A stretch of DNA of 44,016 nt, from positions 1 through 44,016 of the forward strand of contig CBRAFL010000001.1 of NCBI GenBank assembly GCA_967755055.1. Direction: 5' to 3'. This document shows, one piece after another, positions 42,706 through 44,016 of the stretch. Under the pieces are notes generated by a model. It was not told the DNA's origin, did no database searches, and saw only the letters and a program-made list of their open reading frames with translations. Numbering within the stretch: position 1 is the first letter of the stretch; every line of letters begins with the position of its first letter. The position numbers and the translations under genes were made by a program. Source of the stretch: an uncultured bacterium (lineage in GTDB: Bacteria; Verrucomicrobiota; Verrucomicrobiia; Opitutales; Opitutaceae).

Positions 42706-44016
42706 GATGGGGACGCCGTTTGGCCGGTCGTTTGCGGCTCCAGTTCTTTTTTCAGTTCCGCCTCGACGTTGGTCTGAATCTTCCAGAGACGGCGGTAGAG
42801 TCCTTCCACGGCGATGAGTTCGGTGTGTGTGCCCGTTTGAATGATACGACCGTGATCGAGGACGATAACGCGATCGGCGTGGACGAGCGTCGAAAGACGA
42901 TGAGCGATGACGAGGGTGGTGGCGCGGCCGCGGCGCTCTTTCAATGCGTCGAGGATCAGCGATTCGGTTTCGCCATCGATCGCACTCATGGCGTCATCGA
43001 GAATCAGAAGCGGTGGACGTTTCAGGACGGCGCGGGCGATGGCCATGCGTTGACGCTGTCCGCCGGAGAGTGTGATGCCGCGTTCACCGACGAGGGTGTT
43101 GTAACCGTGTTCGAAGGTGAGAATGGTTTCGTGAATACAGGCGGCGCGGGCGGCTTCTTCGATTTCGTGGTCGAGCGCGCTTCCGCGACCGAGACGCAGG
43201 TTGTCACGGAGCGATTTTGAAAAGAGAAACGGCTCCTGCATGACCACGCCGATTTGCGCGCGAACCCACTGGCGCGGGAGCGATGAGAGTTCGCGACCGT
43301 CGAGTTGAATCGAACCTTGCGTGTAATCATACAAGCGCAGCAACAGGTGCATGAGCGTGCTCTTGCCGGCGCCCGACGGTCCGAGGATTGCGAGGGATTC
43401 GCCGGGGGAAACGGCGAAGGAGATGCCGTTCAGCGCGCCGGCACCTGGAGCGTTGGACGATCGACTGGCGTGCGCGAAATGTAGATCGCGCACGGTGATC
43501 GCACCGCTGAGCAGCTCTGGAAGCGGCGGGACGGAACTCGCAGGTGGCTCGGACTCGCGTTCGACCGCGAGGATTTCTTTGATGCGCGTGAGCGCAACGG
43601 ACGTTTTCCCGAGGTCGGTGAGGATGCGACCCATCTGGCGGACGGGCCAGAGCATGATGCCGAGGTACGAGAGAAACGCGAAGAGGATGCCGACGGTGAG
43701 TTTGCCTTCCACGATCCAGTGCGCGCCGACGAGCAGCGTGAGTCCGATCTGGCTGAGTGCGACGACGTCACTGATCGACCAATACCACGACATATGGCGC
43801 AGCATGCGCAGACTGAGATCGCGGTAACGGGCGTTGGGAGCGGCGAATTTGGCGCGCTCGAAATCCTGTCGGGCGAATGCACGCACGACGCGGATGCCGG
43901 TGAGATTTTCCTGAATCACAGCGGTGAGTGCGCCTTCGGCTTCGTCCACTGCTTTGAAGAGGTGCTGAATCTTTCGGAAATAAATGTAGCCGTAAGCGAT
44001 GATCGGACCGATGAGC
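42669..44016 (-). CDS. ABC exporter half-transporter, 5'-truncated by the window edge; likely heterodimer partner of 40750-42621
   Basis: Frame open to the window end; GPSGAGKST, LSGGQ, degenerate Walker B ILDDA as in TM287/288-type pairs. Confidence 0.92.
   Translation of the reverse strand, partial: LIGPIIAYGYIYFRKIQHLFKAVDEAEGALTAVIQENLTGIRVVRAFARQDFERAKFAAPNARYRDLSLRMLRHMSWYWSISDVVALSQIGLTLLVGAHWIVEGKLTVGILFAFLSYLGIMLWPVRQMGRILTDLGKTSVALTRIKEILAVERESEPPASSVPPLPELLSGAITVRDLHFAHASRSSNAPGAGALNGISFAVSPGESLAILGPSGAGKSTLMHLLLRLYDYTQGSIQLDGRELSSLPRQWVRAQIGVVMQEPFLFSKSLRDNLRLGRGSALDHEIEEAARAACIHETILTFEHGYNTLVGERGITLSGGQRQRMAIARAVLKRPPLLILDDAMSAIDGETESLILDALKERRGRATTLVIAHRLSTLVHADRVIVLDHGRIIQTGTHTELIAVEGLYRRLWKIQTNVEAELKKELEPQTTGQTASPSVAARISARTAP

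Overview
GC-rich bacterial chromosome segment, most likely Verrucomicrobiota (Opitutaceae-like; inferred from NLSTR-repeat secreted proteins, an ADOP-type permease and the attC style). 1-4.05 kb: integron-type gene-cassette array (attI-like site, 7 small membrane/lipoprotein ORFs, 6 attC-like hairpins plus one truncated attC). Every attC is eroded, no integrase is visible in the window, and the array ends about 300 bp from the 3' end of tRNA-Leu(CAA). 4.8-18.8 kb: TolC, an ABC ATPase and an ADOP/MacB-type permease on the minus strand, interleaved with plus-strand genes (secreted hypothetical, stand-alone asparaginase-C-like protein, LysR, two tandem paralogous ~870-900 aa secreted proteins). 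TolC and the small-protein/ATPase unit share a sigma54 promoter and a conserved 40-bp upstream element at nearly identical spacing. 19-26.7 kb: PTP/DSP phosphatase, split LigD (PE-ligase + separate polymerase), psd, sulfurtransferase + SufE, tRNA-Leu(TAG), PLP dehydratase/racemase. 27-34.2 kb: five-gene GT2/GT-C glycosylation operon. 34.3-44 kb: beta-helix protein, glyoxalase, OGG glycosylase, OppA and a heterodimeric ABC exporter. Several GTAG-type REP/REPIN families are scattered throughout, one inserted in frame in ligD. No CRISPR, rRNA or transposase seen. All calls are from reading the sequence; no searches were run.
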